From Polaromonas sp. (GTDB lineage Bacteria; Pseudomonadota; Gammaproteobacteria; Burkholderiales; Burkholderiaceae_C), in NCBI RefSeq assembly GCF_013817205.1, contig NZ_JACDDD010000006.1:14282-78281 (forward strand): a stretch of DNA of 64,000 nucleotides, written 5' to 3'. Both the position numbers and the translations under genes were made by a program. Of the stretch, positions 23,105-35,620 are shown one piece after another. Below the pieces are notes generated by a model that saw nothing but the letters and a program-made list of their open reading frames with translations, did no database searches and had not been told where the DNA came from. Numbering within the stretch: the stretch's first letter is position 1; the number at the start of each line of letters is the position of its first letter.

Positions 23105-23949
23105 GGTGTTTCTACGCTGGTTTTGCCAACGGCGCGCCATTGACCGGCCAGGGCGTCGCCGCTATCGCCGGTGGCGCTGGTTGCGTCGGATGGAGGCCCG
23201 CCAGGATGAAAACCCGGTTTGAAGTAAGCCAGCAAGGGCAGGGTGCAGCGCCAAGCTACGCCGTCCCGTCCGAAGAAAAAGGTTGTGGCGCTCCACCACG
23301 TGCTGGGCTTGAATAGCGACTTGTCTCGCCACAGGTTGAGCGTCGTCTGCACGCCGGCGTCCAGCGAGAACAAGACCAAAACGTAGGCAAACCAGAGCGA
23401 GCGGCGCAAGGTGCCGCCACCCAGGGCCTGGTACACGTCAAAGGCGACGGCCCTGTGCTCGGTTTCTTCAACCGCGTGCCAGCGCCACAGCGTGCGCATC
23501 TTCGGTTCAGCTGCGTCAAACCAACTGGGGTATCGCAAGGTGCCTTCGGCAAATACGGCGGTGCAATGCTCATACGCGGCCGTGATGGCCAGGTGGTGCA
23601 ACACATGCAGCCTGCGCGATTGTTCAATCCGCCAGGTGGCAAGACGGGCCCAGATGTTGCTGAGGCCCTGCTTTTCCAGCTGGGCGTTGTACAGCCCGTG
23701 CACATGCCGGTGCGTGGCCTCCTGGCCAATGAAGCCGCGGACCAGATCGTGCAATGGCTGGTGGACGGCATCTTGCGGCAGCAGCGCGGCTCCGGCGCGC
23801 ACCGAGTCCATAAAGTATTGCTCACCGACCGGGAAACTCATGGACAGCGCGATGTAGTACTGGCTGCGAAATGCGTCGCCCCCATGCCAGTGGCGGGCAA
23901 ACCCACCGGACAGGTCGATATTGAGCTTGCGAATGGTGAGTGTTGTCAT
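23101..23949 (-). CDS. So-called metal-dependent hydrolase family protein with diiron-type ExxH motifs
   Basis: SMSFPVGEQYF, QEATH, EHCTA, WHAVEETEH. Confidence 0.8.
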   Translation of the reverse strand: MTTLTIRKLNIDLSGGFARHWHGGDAFRSQYYIALSMSFPVGEQYFMDSVRAGAALLPQDAVHQPLHDLVRGFIGQEATHRHVHGLYNAQLEKQGLSNIWARLATWRIEQSRRLHVLHHLAITAAYEHCTAVFAEGTLRYPSWFDAAEPKMRTLWRWHAVEETEHRAVAFDVYQALGGGTLRRSLWFAYVLVLFSLDAGVQTTLNLWRDKSLFKPSTWWSATTFFFGRDGVAWRCTLPLLAYFKPGFHPGGPPSDATSATGDSGDALAGQWRAVGKTSVETP

Positions 23950-24044
23950 GAAGCCTTGTGTTTGCGTTGATTTATGAGCATTATTCAGTTTTGTACGCGC
24001 CCGGGCAACTCGCTTGTTGCTCAGTTTTTCTTCAACCTCCTGCC

Positions 24045-24680
24045 ATGAACAAAAAGCCCCCGACTCTCTCCCCTGAAGTGATGCGCAAAGCACCCACCCA
24101 GGAGCGTGCGCAGCGCACCATTCAGGCGATCTTTGAGGCAACTGCTCAGATTATGGAAAGCGAAGGCGAGGCAGGCCTGACGACCAACAAGGTCGCGCGG
24201 AAGGCGGGCTTTTCAATTGGCACGCTGTACCAGTATTTTCCGAGCAAGGAAGCCATCATTCTTGCCATGAGCCAGCGCGAGCGCCGCCGGGTGATGGATG
24301 ACATGCAAGCCATGATGACCCGCTCGGTGCAGGAGGGGCGTGACGCTGAAGAGGTGGTGCGCGAAATTATCCGCACCTTGATTGCGTCTTTTGCTGCAGG
24401 CCCCCGCTTGCGCCGCGCCATGGTTCGCATGGTCTGGCGGCTGGACCACCATGAACACATCACCGAGGCGCTGCGCGAAGCGGCCGAGCGCAATGCGATC
24501 GCGCTGGCCCAGCTCAACGATCGGCGGCTGCGCCCGCCCAATCCGGTGATGATGTTTGTCTCTACCCGTGCGGTGATGGGCGCGATTCGCAGCGCGTCAC
24601 TGGAAGACTCGCCCCTGCTCGGCACCCGCGAGTTCGAAGATGAACTCGTGCGCATGGTGTGGGGCGCCATGCAGGCCTGA
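24045..24680 (+). CDS. TetR/AcrR family regulator
   Basis: TTNKVARKAGFSIGTLYQYFPSKEAI. Confidence 0.93.
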   Translation: MNKKPPTLSPEVMRKAPTQERAQRTIQAIFEATAQIMESEGEAGLTTNKVARKAGFSIGTLYQYFPSKEAIILAMSQRERRRVMDDMQAMMTRSVQEGRDAEEVVREIIRTLIASFAAGPRLRRAMVRMVWRLDHHEHITEALREAAERNAIALAQLNDRRLRPPNPVMMFVSTRAVMGAIRSASLEDSPLLGTREFEDELVRMVWGAMQA

Positions 24681-24695
24681 CGACGTGATGCCGCG

Positions 24696-25280
24696 CTATT
24701 TCTGTTTGGGAACCCGGCCCATCAGGTAGAACTCGGGGTTGGGCATCATGCTGGAGAAGCTGGCGATGCGGTTGGACAGGCCGAAAAATGCGGTGATCGC
24801 CGCGATGTCCCAGATGTCTTCGTCGTTGAAGCCGTGCGCCTGCAGCGCGGCAAAGTCAGCCTCTTCAATCTCATGCGAGCGCTCGCAGACCTTCATCGCA
24901 AAGTCCAGCATGGCGCGCTGGCGCGGCGTGATGTCGGCCTTGCGGTAGTTCACTGCCACCTGGTCGGCCACCAGCGGTTTTTTCTCATAAATCCGCAGCA
25001 GCGCGCCATGCGCCACCACGCAGTACAGGCACTGGTTGGCGGCACTGGTGGTCGTGACAATCATCTCCCGGTCGCCTTTGGTCAGGCTCGACTCCTCGCG
25101 CAGCATCAGTGCGTCGTGATAAGCGAAGAAGGCGCGCCATTCAGCGGGCCTGCGCGCGAGTGCCAGAAACACGTTCGGCACAAAACCTGCTTTGTCCTGG
25201 ACTTCCAGAATTTTTGCGCGAATGTCCTCCGGCAAGTCCTTGAGCTCTGGTGCCGGGTAGCGTGCGTGTGTGGGTGTCAT
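24696..25280 (-). CDS. AhpD/CMD-like peroxidase-related enzyme
   Basis: REMIVTTTSAANQCLYCVVAHG CxxC-H motif. Confidence 0.9.
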   Translation of the reverse strand: MTPTHARYPAPELKDLPEDIRAKILEVQDKAGFVPNVFLALARRPAEWRAFFAYHDALMLREESSLTKGDREMIVTTTSAANQCLYCVVAHGALLRIYEKKPLVADQVAVNYRKADITPRQRAMLDFAMKVCERSHEIEEADFAALQAHGFNDEDIWDIAAITAFFGLSNRIASFSSMMPNPEFYLMGRVPKQK

Positions 25281-25750
25281 GGCGAGATGATGTTGAGTTT
25301 GGGAAAGTAAGTCTGAAAGCGTACCGCATCACGGGTCAGCAAGCGCATATTGCCCACCAGAGCGTGCGCGCCGATGTAAAAATCGGGCATGGGCGAGCGC
25401 TTGTTACCGCTGGCGGTGCGGTAGATCTTGAAGGCTTGCCCTGCCAGATAGGCGGCGTCCCAGGGCAGCGCTTCGCGTTTAAGGGGCAATAGTGAAAGGG
25501 CAGCTTCCAGGTCGGCAGCGCGGTCGAACCTCGGGCTGATCTCGGCCAGGATGATGGGGCTGATGACCAAGGGCGCTTGTTGACCGAGCAAGTCCAGTTT
25601 TTCAAGCGACCACTCTGCCCAGTCCGCGTCGTCGGCCAGCACGTCAATCAGCACGCAGCTATCAACCAGGGTCGGCGCAAGCAGATAACGCGGGTCAGCC
25701 TCTTGCACCTTGCTGGCGCCAGGTTTTTCAACACGTGCGCGACTAGCCAC
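25277..25750 (-). CDS. vapC: PIN-domain (VapC) toxin
   Basis: LVDSCVLID, ISPIILAE, MPDFYIGAHA, LLTRD. Confidence 0.9.
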   Translation of the reverse strand: MASRARVEKPGASKVQEADPRYLLAPTLVDSCVLIDVLADDADWAEWSLEKLDLLGQQAPLVISPIILAEISPRFDRAADLEAALSLLPLKREALPWDAAYLAGQAFKIYRTASGNKRSPMPDFYIGAHALVGNMRLLTRDAVRFQTYFPKLNIISP

Positions 25751-25982
25751 GGATGAACTTCATGAATTCGTCCGTGCCCATGCCTTTGAACTGCGCTGCA
25801 TTGGCGCTGCCACGCACCCGCTCAAACGCGCTGCGCAGGGGTGAGCCAGAATGCGCGGCGCGGCGCATGAGAACGTCGCCGTTGGCGCAGACCTCAAATT
25901 CGACTTCGCTGTGCGGCTGCAGGCCTGCCTTGTCGCGAACCGCTCGCGGAATGGTGACTTGGCCTTTGCTGGTGAGTCGCAT
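25743..25982 (-). CDS. vapB: AbrB/MazE-type (VapB) antitoxin
   Basis: MRLTSKGQVTIPRAVRD; overlaps toxin gene. Confidence 0.9.
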   Translation of the reverse strand: MRLTSKGQVTIPRAVRDKAGLQPHSEVEFEVCANGDVLMRRAAHSGSPLRSAFERVRGSANAAQFKGMGTDEFMKFIRG

Positions 25983-25983
25983 A

Positions 25984-26015
25984 ATTCTTACTCCTTGGAA
26001 GTAAGAATCTTACTT
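25984..26015. promoter_or_regulatory. vapBC operator palindromes
   Basis: AAGTAAGA-A-TCTTACTT (25999-26015) overlapping ATTCTTAC-N9-GTAAGAAT (25984-26008). Confidence 0.7.
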
Positions 26016-26029
26016 TTGTTTCGGGACCC

Positions 26030-26061
26030 ACGCAACAGGCGGCTCTGGCGGCCTGTTGCGT
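26030..26061 (-). terminator. Hairpin after katG
   Basis: ACGCAACAGGC-N10-GCCTGTTGCGT; no U-tract. Confidence 0.4.
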
Positions 26062-26065
26062 ATGG

Positions 26066-28252
<2,187 letters not shown>

Positions 28253-28314
28253 GAGGATTCTCCGTGATGGGGGCTGACGATGAGGGATAAACTGAGTCTA
28301 GGATTGGTTATTCG

Positions 28315-28360
28315 ATTGAACAAGTCAATGTTTCTTATATGGTTCATAGTTGAATGCAAT
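28315..28360. promoter_or_regulatory. Putative OxyR-type site upstream of katG
   Basis: ATTG-N7-CAAT (28315-28329) and ATAG-N7-CAAT (28346-28360), 31 bp apart. Confidence 0.55.
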
Positions 28361-28454
28361 CGATCGGCTTGATGGGGGTGGCGATCCCCAAAGCGCTGCC
28401 AAGCGGTGAGCAATCGCGCGGCGTTATGCTGGCGGTTTCATTTTGGAGAGACCC

Positions 28455-28832
28455 ATGAACGCGGCATATGACAAAGGCTTGGCCACACGCAAGCAGGTGA
28501 TGGGCGAAGACTTCGTAGCCAACGCTTTGGGCAATGCCACGGATTTCACGCGGCCGATCCAGGAGCACATTACCGCCAAGGCCTGGGGAGATGTCTGGCA
28601 GCGGCCCGGCCTGGACTTGAAGACGCGCAGCCTGATCACTGTGGCGATGCTGACGGCGCTGGGCAAGCAGCATGAACTCAAGGGTCATTTGCGCGGCGCC
28701 TTGAACAACGGCGCCACACCGGCCGAGCTTCAGGAAGTGCTGCTCCATGCCGCCGTTTACTGCGGCGTGCCAACCGCTGTGGACGCTTTCAGGACGGCGG
28801 CAGAAGTGGTAGACGGACCGAAGAATGCCTGA
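28455..28832 (+). CDS. Carboxymuconolactone decarboxylase family protein
   Basis: AWGDVWQRPGLDLKTRSLIT, HAAVYCGVP. Confidence 0.9.
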   Translation: MNAAYDKGLATRKQVMGEDFVANALGNATDFTRPIQEHITAKAWGDVWQRPGLDLKTRSLITVAMLTALGKQHELKGHLRGALNNGATPAELQEVLLHAAVYCGVPTAVDAFRTAAEVVDGPKNA

Positions 28833-28877
28833 CGCCGGCAGTTACGGCCCATTTCTCCGAATTCAAATATTTTAGTG

Positions 28878-28931
28878 TTTTAGGCCTCTAGCCCTTACGC
28901 AGCGGGCGTGAACAGCTATTGAAAACATAGC
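28878..28931 (+). repeat. Family A repeat, copy 4
   Basis: TTTTAGGC-CTCTA-GCCC-N9-GGGC-N7-GCTA-N9-TAGC. Confidence 0.9.
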
Positions 28932-28945
28932 ATCGAGGAGCCGGC

Positions 28946-29500
28946 TCAACCTTCCATCAGCTTGTGCACCAGGTCGGCAGTGGTGGACGCCTTGTACTTG
29001 CGCATCAGGCGGGCGCGGTAAATCTCTACGGTGCGGTGGCTGATGACCAGCGCGCGGCCGATTTCCTTGGAGGTCATGCCGTCCATCAGGTGCGCGGCGA
29101 CTTCGCGTTCGCGCGCCGTCAACTCAGCCTTGACCGGCCTGCGTGAGCTCAGGTCCTCAAAGGTCCAGATGCCGGACTCGTGCGGCGCGGCGCGGTTGAG
29201 CGCGCGGCCTGTGACGTGGCACCAGAAAGTCTCGCCCTTCAAGCGCCCGTCCACCCGTTTCATGATGCGGTCGTCGGCGTAGTGGCCCTTGGCATTGAGA
29301 ATGGGCAACATGCGCGCGCCTATGCGCTCGTACTCGGCGGCGCTGGGGTAGAGGACCTGGAAAGACTGGCCGATGAGCTGCTCGTGCGTAGCGCCAAACA
29401 TCTCGCAGAGGTGCTGGTTGCAGTCGACGATGCCGCGGTTGCGTGACAGCACCAGCCCGACCGGCGCCATGTTGAAGGCCAGACGGTAATCAATGTCCAT
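28946..29500 (-). CDS. PAS-LuxR(HTH) transcriptional regulator
   Basis: PAS (CNQHLCEMFG...LIGQSF); LTAREREV...TSKEIGRALVISHRTVEIYR. Confidence 0.9.
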   Translation of the reverse strand: MDIDYRLAFNMAPVGLVLSRNRGIVDCNQHLCEMFGATHEQLIGQSFQVLYPSAAEYERIGARMLPILNAKGHYADDRIMKRVDGRLKGETFWCHVTGRALNRAAPHESGIWTFEDLSSRRPVKAELTAREREVAAHLMDGMTSKEIGRALVISHRTVEIYRARLMRKYKASTTADLVHKLMEG

Positions 29501-29608
29501 CGGGTCGGTAAGAGGCACAGGGTTAAACTTTAGGGGTAACTACGTATGCGGATAGGTAGTATCGTACGGTTTTGACGTGTGTGTTGGAAGTTCTTCAGGA
29601 GATTTTTT

Positions 29609-30310
29609 GTGAATAAACTTTTTCCCTCCGCTGCCGAGGCCCTCAAGGGTGTCGTCAAGGACGGCCAGTTGATGGCTGTTGGCGGTTTTGGCCTGTGCGG
29701 CATCCCCGAGGCCCTGATCCAGGCGCTATGTGACAGCGGGACCAAAGACCTGACCGTCATTTCCAACAATGCTGGCGTCGACGGCTTTGGCCTGGGCAAA
29801 TTGCTCGAGACACGCCAGATCAAAAAAATGATTTCCAGCTATGTCGGCGAAAACAAGGAGTTTGAGCGCCAATACCTGGCCGGCGAGCTGGAGCTGGAAT
29901 TTACGCCGCAAGGCACGCTGGCCGAAAAGCTGCGCGCCGGCGGCGCAGGCATCCCGGCTTTTTTCACGAAGACCGGTGTCGGCACCCAGGTGGCCGAGGG
30001 CAAGGAGTTGCGCGAATTCGATGGCGAGACCTACGTCATGGAGCGTTCGCTGGTGCCCGACGTGGCGCTGGTCAAGGCAGCGGTGGCCGACAAGTCCGGC
30101 AACCTGCGCTTCAACCTCACCGCCCGCAACTTCAATCCGGCTGCCGCGATGGCCGGCAAGGTCTGCATCGTCGAAGTGGAAAAAATCGTCGAAGTGGGCG
30201 AACTGGCGCCGGACGACATTCACCTGCCGGGCATTTATGTGCACCGCATCGTGCTCAATGCCAGCCCTGAAAAACGCATCGAAAAACGCACCATCACCGA
30301 GAAAGCCTGA
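29609..30310 (+). CDS. scoA: 3-oxoacid CoA-transferase subunit A
   Basis: [29 protein letters not shown]; GTG start after AGGAG. Confidence 0.93.
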   Translation: MNKLFPSAAEALKGVVKDGQLMAVGGFGLCGIPEALIQALCDSGTKDLTVISNNAGVDGFGLGKLLETRQIKKMISSYVGENKEFERQYLAGELELEFTPQGTLAEKLRAGGAGIPAFFTKTGVGTQVAEGKELREFDGETYVMERSLVPDVALVKAAVADKSGNLRFNLTARNFNPAAAMAGKVCIVEVEKIVEVGELAPDDIHLPGIYVHRIVLNASPEKRIEKRTITEKA

Positions 30311-30311
30311 T

Positions 30312-30950
30312 ATGCCCTGGACCCAAGATCAAATGGCGGCGCGTGCCGCGCAGGAACTCGAAGACGGGTTCTACGTGAACCTCGGCATCGGCATACCGAC
30401 GCTGGTGGCCAACTTTGTGCCGGCCGACAAGGAAGTCTGGCTGCAGTCGGAAAACGGCATGCTGGGCATAGGCGCCTTCCCGACCGAAGACGAGGTCGAT
30501 GCCGACCTGATCAACGCCGGCAAGCAAACCGTCACTACCATCAAGGGCTCTTCCATCTTCGGCAGCCATGACAGCTTCGCGATGATTCGCGGCGGCAAGA
30601 TCAACCTGAGCATCCTGGGCGCCATGCAGGTCAGCGAGAAGGGCGACCTGGCCAACTGGATGATCCCCGGCAAGATGGTCAAAGGCATGGGCGGCGCGAT
30701 GGATCTGGTGGCCGGCGTCAAGCGCGTGATCGTGCTGATGGAGCACGTCGCGAAGAAAAAAGACGGCACCGAAGACCTGAAGATCCTCGAAAGCTGCACC
30801 CTGCCACTGACCGGACTGGCCGTGGTGGACCGCATCATCACCGACCTGGCCGTGATGGACGTGACGCCGAAAGGCCTGAAGGTGATCGAACTCGCACCCG
30901 GCGTGACGATGGAGGCCTTGCAGGCCAAAACCGGGTGCAAGCTGCATTGA
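30312..30950 (+). CDS. scoB: 3-oxoacid CoA-transferase subunit B
   Basis: [13 protein letters not shown] catalytic Glu, GMGGAMDL. Confidence 0.93.
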   Translation: MPWTQDQMAARAAQELEDGFYVNLGIGIPTLVANFVPADKEVWLQSENGMLGIGAFPTEDEVDADLINAGKQTVTTIKGSSIFGSHDSFAMIRGGKINLSILGAMQVSEKGDLANWMIPGKMVKGMGGAMDLVAGVKRVIVLMEHVAKKKDGTEDLKILESCTLPLTGLAVVDRIITDLAVMDVTPKGLKVIELAPGVTMEALQAKTGCKLH

Positions 30951-30990
30951 CGGCAAGAGCTTGTTCTGCGTTTCCCTGAGAGGGAGCCAC

Positions 30991-31018
30991 TAAAAAAGGC
31001 TCGGAAGGGCCTTTTTTA
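30991..31018. terminator. Bidirectional intrinsic terminator
   Basis: AAAAAAGGCTC-GGAA-GGGCCTTTTTT between convergent scoB and tRNA. Confidence 0.85.
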
Positions 31019-31023
31019 TGCGG

Positions 31024-31097
31024 TGGAGCGGGTGATGGGAATCGAACCCACGTTATTTGCTTGGGAAGCAAGAGTCCTACCATTGAACGACACCCGC
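31024..31097 (-). tRNA. tRNA-Gly(CCC)
   Basis: GCGGGTG/CACCCGC acceptor stem, TT-CCC-AA anticodon loop, GTTCGA T-loop, encoded CCA, 74 nt. Confidence 0.97.
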
Positions 31098-31146
31098 ATG
31101 CGTCGATTGTAGAACCACCGCGCGGGTGGTTCTCCGTCAAAAAAGC

Positions 31147-31595
31147 TCAGGGCCGCAGATAGGCCCAGCCGTCCTGCTGTTTCTTCATGATCTCCGTCAC
31201 ACCCGCAGGCACGTAGGCGATGGTGGGCAACATGTCGTCTTTGCCCAGCTTCTGGCCGCGCATCGTGTTCTCGCAGGCCACGACACGCACATTGGCTTTC
31301 GTAGCGTCGGCGACCCGTGCACCAGTCGGCGAGTCCATCTTCAGCATGCCGATACCGGGTCCATAGGCGACGATGGCGATATCCACGTTGGCGGCGCCCA
31401 CGTCGTCCTGCACGTTCTTCGCGTTGTTCAGGGCGAGGTTCCATTTGGCCGGGTCGTTGTCGCTGACCTGGATCACAATTTTATGACGTTTTTGGCCTGT
31501 AGCCCCCGCCCCTTGTGCGTGAGTAGCTATCAAAAACGGAGCAGACAGGGCGGCGGCGCCGACCATGCCGACTTGAAGAAGCATTCTGCGGTTCA

Positions 31596-31599
<4 letters not shown>
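31147..31599 (-). CDS. DsrE-family protein with Tat-like signal
   Basis: NRRMLL signal, VAYGPGI, VVACENTM, YVPAGV; ATGA overlap with gabD. Confidence 0.85.
31489..31542 (+). repeat. Family A repeat, copy 5, inside the DsrE coding sequence
   Basis: TTTTTGGC-CTGTA-GCCC-N9-GTGC-N7-GCTA-N9-GAGC; antisense reads APFLIATHAQGAGATGQK. Confidence 0.75.
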
Positions 31600-33074
<1,475 letters not shown>

Positions 33075-33189
33075 GTGAGTCTCCTGAGAAGATGGGGGAA
33101 TGGTGGGTGATTGTTGGGTTAACGGCAAAATTGCGTGCTCAGCTTTGGCAAGCCACTGTGAGAGTTAGGGGGTAATGCAAGCGACGCGG

Positions 33190-33861
33190 TCAGTTTTCGA
33201 TCACACGTCGGGCGAACCGCTCAAGGTAGTCCATCAATGCATCGGCGCCATGCATGGCCGCCTTTTCGTCGCCGGTGGCGATACCTTGGGCCAGTTCCAT
33301 GTGGTGGCGCGCACCTTCGGCAATTTCGCCTTCGTGCTGATAGGCGTACCAGAAGCGCCGGCATTGCACGACCAGCGGCACCACGCATTTGACCGCTGAA
33401 TGGTTTTGACTGGCATGGTGGTTGACCTCGTCGAGTTCATGGTCAGACCGCATGTAGTCCTCGAGGTGACCACGCGCCGCCGCCTTGACCATTTTTTCAG
33501 CACAACGAACAATCGCCTGACGCTGCGCTGCTGTTGCGCGGCGCGCAGAACATGCGGCAATGAGGCGTTCGAGTGCGCGACGCGTCTGGATCACATCCAG
33601 ATGGTCGGCCAGATCGATGTGGGAGACGAGCAGGCCGCGGCGTGGCTGCTGATCAATAAGTCCGATCGACACCATGCGCAACAGCGCTTCGCGTACCGGC
33701 GTACGACCCAGCTGGGTCAGCTCCACCAGTTCCGCCTCGACCACCGGGCTGCCCGGCTTGAGCTGCAGCGTAGAGATCAGTGCCTCGATCGCATCGTAGG
33801 CGAGATCCGCTGCGCGTCGCTTCATGGGGAAGGGTGGGCTGGGCATCGAGGGCTGTGGCAT
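33190..33861 (-). CDS. GntR (FCD) family regulator
   Basis: LGRTPVREAL, QPRRG; start uncertain (33861 or 33825). Confidence 0.9.
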   Translation of the reverse strand: MPQPSMPSPPFPMKRRAADLAYDAIEALISTLQLKPGSPVVEAELVELTQLGRTPVREALLRMVSIGLIDQQPRRGLLVSHIDLADHLDVIQTRRALERLIAACSARRATAAQRQAIVRCAEKMVKAAARGHLEDYMRSDHELDEVNHHASQNHSAVKCVVPLVVQCRRFWYAYQHEGEIAEGARHHMELAQGIATGDEKAAMHGADALMDYLERFARRVIEN

Positions 33862-34068
33862 GGTTGCGGTTGAGTTGTCGGCGTTGCAGCAGAGCTGCCA
33901 CTCACCGACCAGGCCTGTTCGCAAGAACGAGACACATACGATGAAGGTCAGGCCTTGAATGATTGTAGCGACGCCTACTGGCGACGGGGCCGCAGAAGTG
34001 TTTGATCGGCTTCCCGGTTTTGAGAATGGATTCTTTGCTCACAGTCGTGATCCGCTGGTTTCAGTGCT

Positions 34069-35349
34069 TTACTTTATGGGGTGAGGTAGTGCGAAGCTGC
34101 TGTGCGCCAGCGTGGCAATGCGTGCCGGCGAGATCGGCGTGCCTGGCGCGGGCTGTGGCCAGCCAAACAAAAACTGCGTGGCACCGCCGCAGACACGGCC
34201 CTGGCAAGCCCCCATGCCGCAGCGGCTGTGCAGCTTCGCCGCGGTCCAGCTCTCGAAGCCACACAGTTGCGCGTGGCTCACGTCTTCACAGCGGCACACC
34301 AGCGTGTCGGGCGCCGCCAGTTGTTTCAAGCCGGGATGAAGCGCGAAGCGGGTGTGCAAGCTTGTGGCGAAGGCCTCCCAGCGCTGCCGCTGGGGCCACA
34401 ACCGCCGGGCCTGATCCACTTGTCCCATGGCTGCATGGCCGGCAATGGCGCCCTGCACCAGGGCGCGTTCGCTGCCGCCGAAACCGGTGCATTCGCCGGC
34501 GGCGTAATGGTCGGGCAGACTGGTGGCTTGCCAGGCGTCTACCGCAATGGCGTGCTGCGCATTCAGGGCGCAGCCCAGCGCCTGGCCGAGTTGGGTGTTG
34601 GGAATCAGGCCGAAGCCGCAGGCCAGGCGGTCGCAAGCGACGTCCAGCGTACGCCCACCTTGCTGAAGGCGCACCGACTCCACGCGGCCCTGGCCCGAAG
34701 CGGCCACGACGTGGCTGGACAGGCGATAGCCCCGATGTATGAGCGTCAAGGCCTGCAGGGCTTTGCCGGGCCAGCGCACCAGCGAGGCGGCAAAAGCGGC
34801 CACCGCACTGACGGATGCCTGTTCGGCCACCCGCAACACCTGCGCACCGGCGGCCTGGGCCGCGGCCGCGACCGCCAGCAACAGCGGGCCGCTGCCCGCC
34901 ACCACGATGCGCTCGCCGCGCACCGGCAGGCCCCCTTTGATCAGGGCTTGCAGCCCGCCAGCACCCGTGACGCCGGGCAAGGTCCAGCCCGGAAACGGCA
35001 GCAGCAGTTCCCGCGCGCCGGTGCACACAATCAGCTTGTCATAGCCCAAGCTCCAGCCTCGATTGTCGTCTTCCAGCAGCAGCTGCCTGGGCTGCGGCAC
35101 CGCCACGATGCGGGTGCTGGACAGCAGCCGCACATTCGGGTGACTGGTCAGGGCTTCACGCCGCTGCAAAGCGGCCCGGGGCAGATGGGCGCCGGGGCCG
35201 TCGCGCCAGATCTGGCCGCCTGGGGCCGGGTTGTCGTCGATCAGCGTGATGGCCGCGCCCGTGGGGGCCGCCGCCAGTGCCGCAGCCATGCCCGCCGGGC
35301 CGGCGCCGACGATCAGCAGGTCGCAATGTTCCGGGGAAGGGGAGGTCAT
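34069..35349 (-). CDS. lhpE: FAD/NAD(P)-binding oxidoreductase, probable D-hydroxyproline dehydrogenase alpha subunit
   Basis: GAGPAG, TGARE, PGWTLPGV, VCRCEDV, CGMGACQGRVC; context. Confidence 0.75.
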   Translation of the reverse strand: MTSPSPEHCDLLIVGAGPAGMAAALAAAPTGAAITLIDDNPAPGGQIWRDGPGAHLPRAALQRREALTSHPNVRLLSSTRIVAVPQPRQLLLEDDNRGWSLGYDKLIVCTGARELLLPFPGWTLPGVTGAGGLQALIKGGLPVRGERIVVAGSGPLLLAVAAAAQAAGAQVLRVAEQASVSAVAAFAASLVRWPGKALQALTLIHRGYRLSSHVVAASGQGRVESVRLQQGGRTLDVACDRLACGFGLIPNTQLGQALGCALNAQHAIAVDAWQATSLPDHYAAGECTGFGGSERALVQGAIAGHAAMGQVDQARRLWPQRQRWEAFATSLHTRFALHPGLKQLAAPDTLVCRCEDVSHAQLCGFESWTAAKLHSRCGMGACQGRVCGGATQFLFGWPQPAPGTPISPARIATLAHSSFALPHPIK

Positions 35350-35353
35350 CAGT

Positions 35354-35620
35354 TCAGGCTCCCGCCATGGCTGCGGTCTGCACCGCCATGCCCTCGACGC
35401 ACAGCGTCTGGCAGGCCAGGCGGCGCTGACCGCTAATCAGCACCCGGCATTCCTGGCAGACACCCATGCCGCAGAACGCGGCGCGCCGCTCGCCGCTGGC
35501 GGAGATGCGCGTGATGCCGCTGCCCGCGATGGACAGCGCTGCGGCCACAGTGACACCGGCGGGCACGCGTTGTGGCTGGCCGTCAAGGCTGAATTCAATC
35601 GAACTGTTGATGTTGTTCAT
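35354..35620 (-). CDS. lhpF: 2Fe-2S protein, probable D-hydroxyproline dehydrogenase gamma subunit
   Basis: FCGMGVCQECRV...LACQT. Confidence 0.75.
   Translation of the reverse strand: MNNINSSIEFSLDGQPQRVPAGVTVAAALSIAGSGITRISASGERRAAFCGMGVCQECRVLISGQRRLACQTLCVEGMAVQTAAMAGA

Noticed and set aside
31024-31097. tRNA-Gly as integration site of an island
   Set aside because: No integrase and no duplicated tRNA 3' end in the window
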